From assembly GCA_973895155.1 (NCBI GenBank), contig OZ316894.1:12750828-12814827 (forward strand): a DNA stretch of 64,000 nt. The letters are read 5' to 3'. The position numbers were made by a program, and so were the translations under genes. Below are positions 61,280-64,000 of this stretch, piece after piece (within the stretch, counting starts at the first letter, position 1; each line of letters starts with the position of its first letter). The notes under the pieces are model-generated. The model was given only the letters and a program-made list of their open reading frames with translations, was not told the origin of the DNA and made no database searches. The DNA comes from Marsupella aquatica. Lineage: Eukaryota > Plantae > Marchantiophyta.

Positions 61280-62317
61280 AATGAAACTTAGAGACATGTT
61301 AGTTAGTAGTTAATAGGCCAAGATCTAGCCAAGCAAGCAAGAGGATGAATAGCCCACAAAGTGCCTGATATGAGTGTCACTCAACATCAGCTCAATTGAC
61401 TGACAGTCTTGCCATTGAATTCACACTTACACTTCTGGTGTTGCCATGTTGGGGAGCCTACTCAGGTTAGTTTGTCTTTTTGAAATTTTTGATATATGTT
61501 TTTGTTTCAATTTATTTTAGACAAGGTGCATTTTTTGTATTTTTGGATTTTGGAATTATGTTTACACACTCTTCGTGTCTTTATTTTCTTATTTGAGACC
61601 CCCTCTTTAGGTCTATATTTACTTTTCAATCTTACCCATCCTTTGTTAGATTATGTTGTTTTAATCTTGTATTAAATTGATTTTCACATGCTATCTTGAA
61701 TCCAACAGGTGTGAGAAACAAACACTTCAAGATAATGCCAACCCCTGCCATCTTATCTATGGGTTAGAGTTTTGTTTCCTAAGTTTAATGTTTTGCATGA
61801 ACTACATGTCTCTAACCTAGGTCATTATGAGAAAAACATTAGAGGACCGCCTTTTCTTTGAAAGGGATTCCAGGAGGGATTCACAAGAGTTCAGAAGCTA
61901 AACATTTATCACTAGAATATACATGTGAGAATATAAGTGGGGCTAACACTTTGTAAAGGAATAAGTGGCGAGGAGAAGACACTATGCAAAGGAATAAGCA
62001 TTGAGGCACAAGTACCATGTCACCCAAAACTACTTTATTCTTAAATGATTAGTTATTCTTCTGGGCATGGAAATCGTTTTGAGAAAGACTACAAGACAAA
62101 CTATTTTACTTTCTTTTGGGGCGATCCCCACACTTTTAGTTATCTTTCAAATTAATGTTTTTGTTCATTTATCTAGATACCATTGTCCTAAAAGCTTTTT
62201 GTTATCATTTGGGGAAGATTGCTTAAAGTTTGAGCAAACCTTGTGTAAAATGTTTCATGATTGATGCTATTCAGCAGTGGAATTATGACAAGCATCAGCC
62301 CATTTCAAACAGCCATG

Positions 62318-63233
62318 AGGGCATAAGAAAGTCGCGCGTTAAATCTACAACGCATTAATGCTCCCCCATTTTCCTGGGGCGCATACACTGCCCATCCCAG
62401 TCCCCAATACTGCTGCCCACTTCGGCCCAAGTGCCAAAACATTAGCCAAGACTGCCATTTTGTCACTCGCTCTGGACCAAACTACTTTGTGTGCTCAACT
62501 TCTTCCTTGTGGAGTTGTTGTTTATGTCCTGGCAACACTTCTTCACAAGAGAGTTATGCTTGCTTTGTAACATAGTCTAAGTGTTGCAAAGCCTAGTACT
62601 TTGGTAAGAGTCATGATTGATAGAGTCTTGGTTGATGTTCTGCCAAATGCTTATTCTTTATGGAGTCATGGTTTATGTTCTAGCAACACTAATTTCCAAT
62701 GGAGTCATGTTTGCTTTGTAACATAGTCTAAGTGTTGCAGAGCCTAGTACTTTGGTTAATAGTCATGATTGATCGATAGGGTCTTGGTTAATATTGTGCC
62801 AAATGCTTCTCCACTATGGAGTTGTGCTTTATGTTTTGGCAACAGTTCTTTCCAATGGAGTCATGCCTATTTAGTAATGGAGTCTAAGTGTTCGGCAAAG
62901 CCTAGTACTTTGGATGAGAGTCATGATTAATGATAGAGTCTTGGTTTACATTATGGCAAACTTAGGCCGGAACGTGCAGCAGCTAGCTTTGGGGACCTGG
63001 GCCGGAGCCAGCTACAACAAGTGAAGGGTGCTAGAACAGAAACCTGAAGTTGATGACACAAAGTTGATCAGGCTGGAGCGGGTGACAAAACTTTAGACTC
63101 TTGGCTTATGTTTTGGCAAACTCAGGCCAGAGTGGGCAGTAGCATTGGGGACTAGGATGGGTAGTGTACAGGACCCCAGGAAAATGGGGGATCATTAATG
63201 CATTGTACATTTAATGCACTGTCTTTGTACTCT
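62318..63233. mobile_element. Non-autonomous DNA transposon with ~130-bp TIRs and an internal ~150-bp tandem repeat x3
   Basis: 62318-62455 is the reverse complement of 63096-63233 (gcattaatg.tcccccattttcctgggg...tacact.cccatcc.agtccccaat.ct.ctgcccact...tgccaaaacat.agccaaga). The internal unit (agtctaagtgtt..gca.agcctagtactttgg..agtcatgatt) repeats over 62510-62960. Confidence 0.85.
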
Positions 63234-64000
63234 ATACCTCCTGGTTGAGATCAGTACTGTCGTGTTTATTTTGTTTCCTTTTCAGTGAGCACTTTGGAGG
63301 GGGTGCAATGGAGTATGGAGGGTTGGGGGCGTTCCTTGCTTGGCACCATATCTCTTTGGAAGCACGGAGGGGTTCAATTCCTCTCCAAAGAATTACCATA
63401 AACTGGCTAAAAGTTACATGGCCCTATTCCTTCTCACTTCTTCTTACATGCTGTGATTTGAACTCACCAAATCTCCTGATAGCCCCCTACATATGTCGCC
63501 ACTTGATCCTTATGGACAGATGTGACTGCTTGCCAGAAATATACCTTGGGTGAGCAAGAGATCGCCACCCCTCCTCAGCCATTGATCCATGAGGTCGCCA
63601 CCTCTTTCGAGACAAGCCAATTGGCAGTTGCCACAGTGGCTACTTGTCTCTGACCTTAAAAAATACTTGCTCCAGATACAGAGGGGCAGGGTCAGGTAGG
63701 GTAGCTCTGAAAGTAGTCAGGCTACTAAGAAGCAACACATGGCTATGCTAGTGGATTAGTATAAGATGTAACTACCTAACTAGGAGCGCACAGATTTGAT
63801 AATTTTTGCATATCAACCGGCATGGAAAACCTATAACTCTATGACTAGCCAGGTCATCATGGAGTCCAGCATGGTGTTTATCCAGACTTATGATCCGTAT
63901 AAGAAGGTAAAAAGGATGCGCGGGTAACAGTACTAGGTTAGTCCAGAGGGGCTAAGCAAGATATTCCACTTGGCCAAGGGCACCTCACCTATGGAGTTGC

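Overview
Eukaryotic (land-plant) nuclear DNA with spliceosomal GT-AG introns. The divergence from angiosperm proteins and the TE content suggest a non-seed plant, but that is inference. Host genes, all on the minus strand: a 19-exon FtsHi5-type inactive plastid FtsH AAA-ATPase (16528-28014), a 7-exon uncharacterised membrane-type protein (35215-39444), an intronless HI0933/BaiN-family flavoprotein (44815-46314), and a Myb/SANT (trihelix-like) ORF (54963-56036). The Myb/SANT ORF faces a decayed PIF/Harbinger transposase. A young, full-length Ty1/copia element of Bianca type (46998-52501) has a 5-bp TSD, ~99% identical LTRs, a half-tRNA-Met PBS, a ~70-aa insertion in RT and one in-frame stop. 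The rest is mostly TE relics: a DIRS-like retroelement, copia/gypsy fragments, MITEs, a long-TIR element and three copies of a hairpin/asymmetric-IR element resembling Helitron2. There is also an STN7-like kinase pseudogene and several short tandem duplications. No rRNA, tRNA or CRISPR array was seen. All family assignments are by eye from motifs; no database searches were run.
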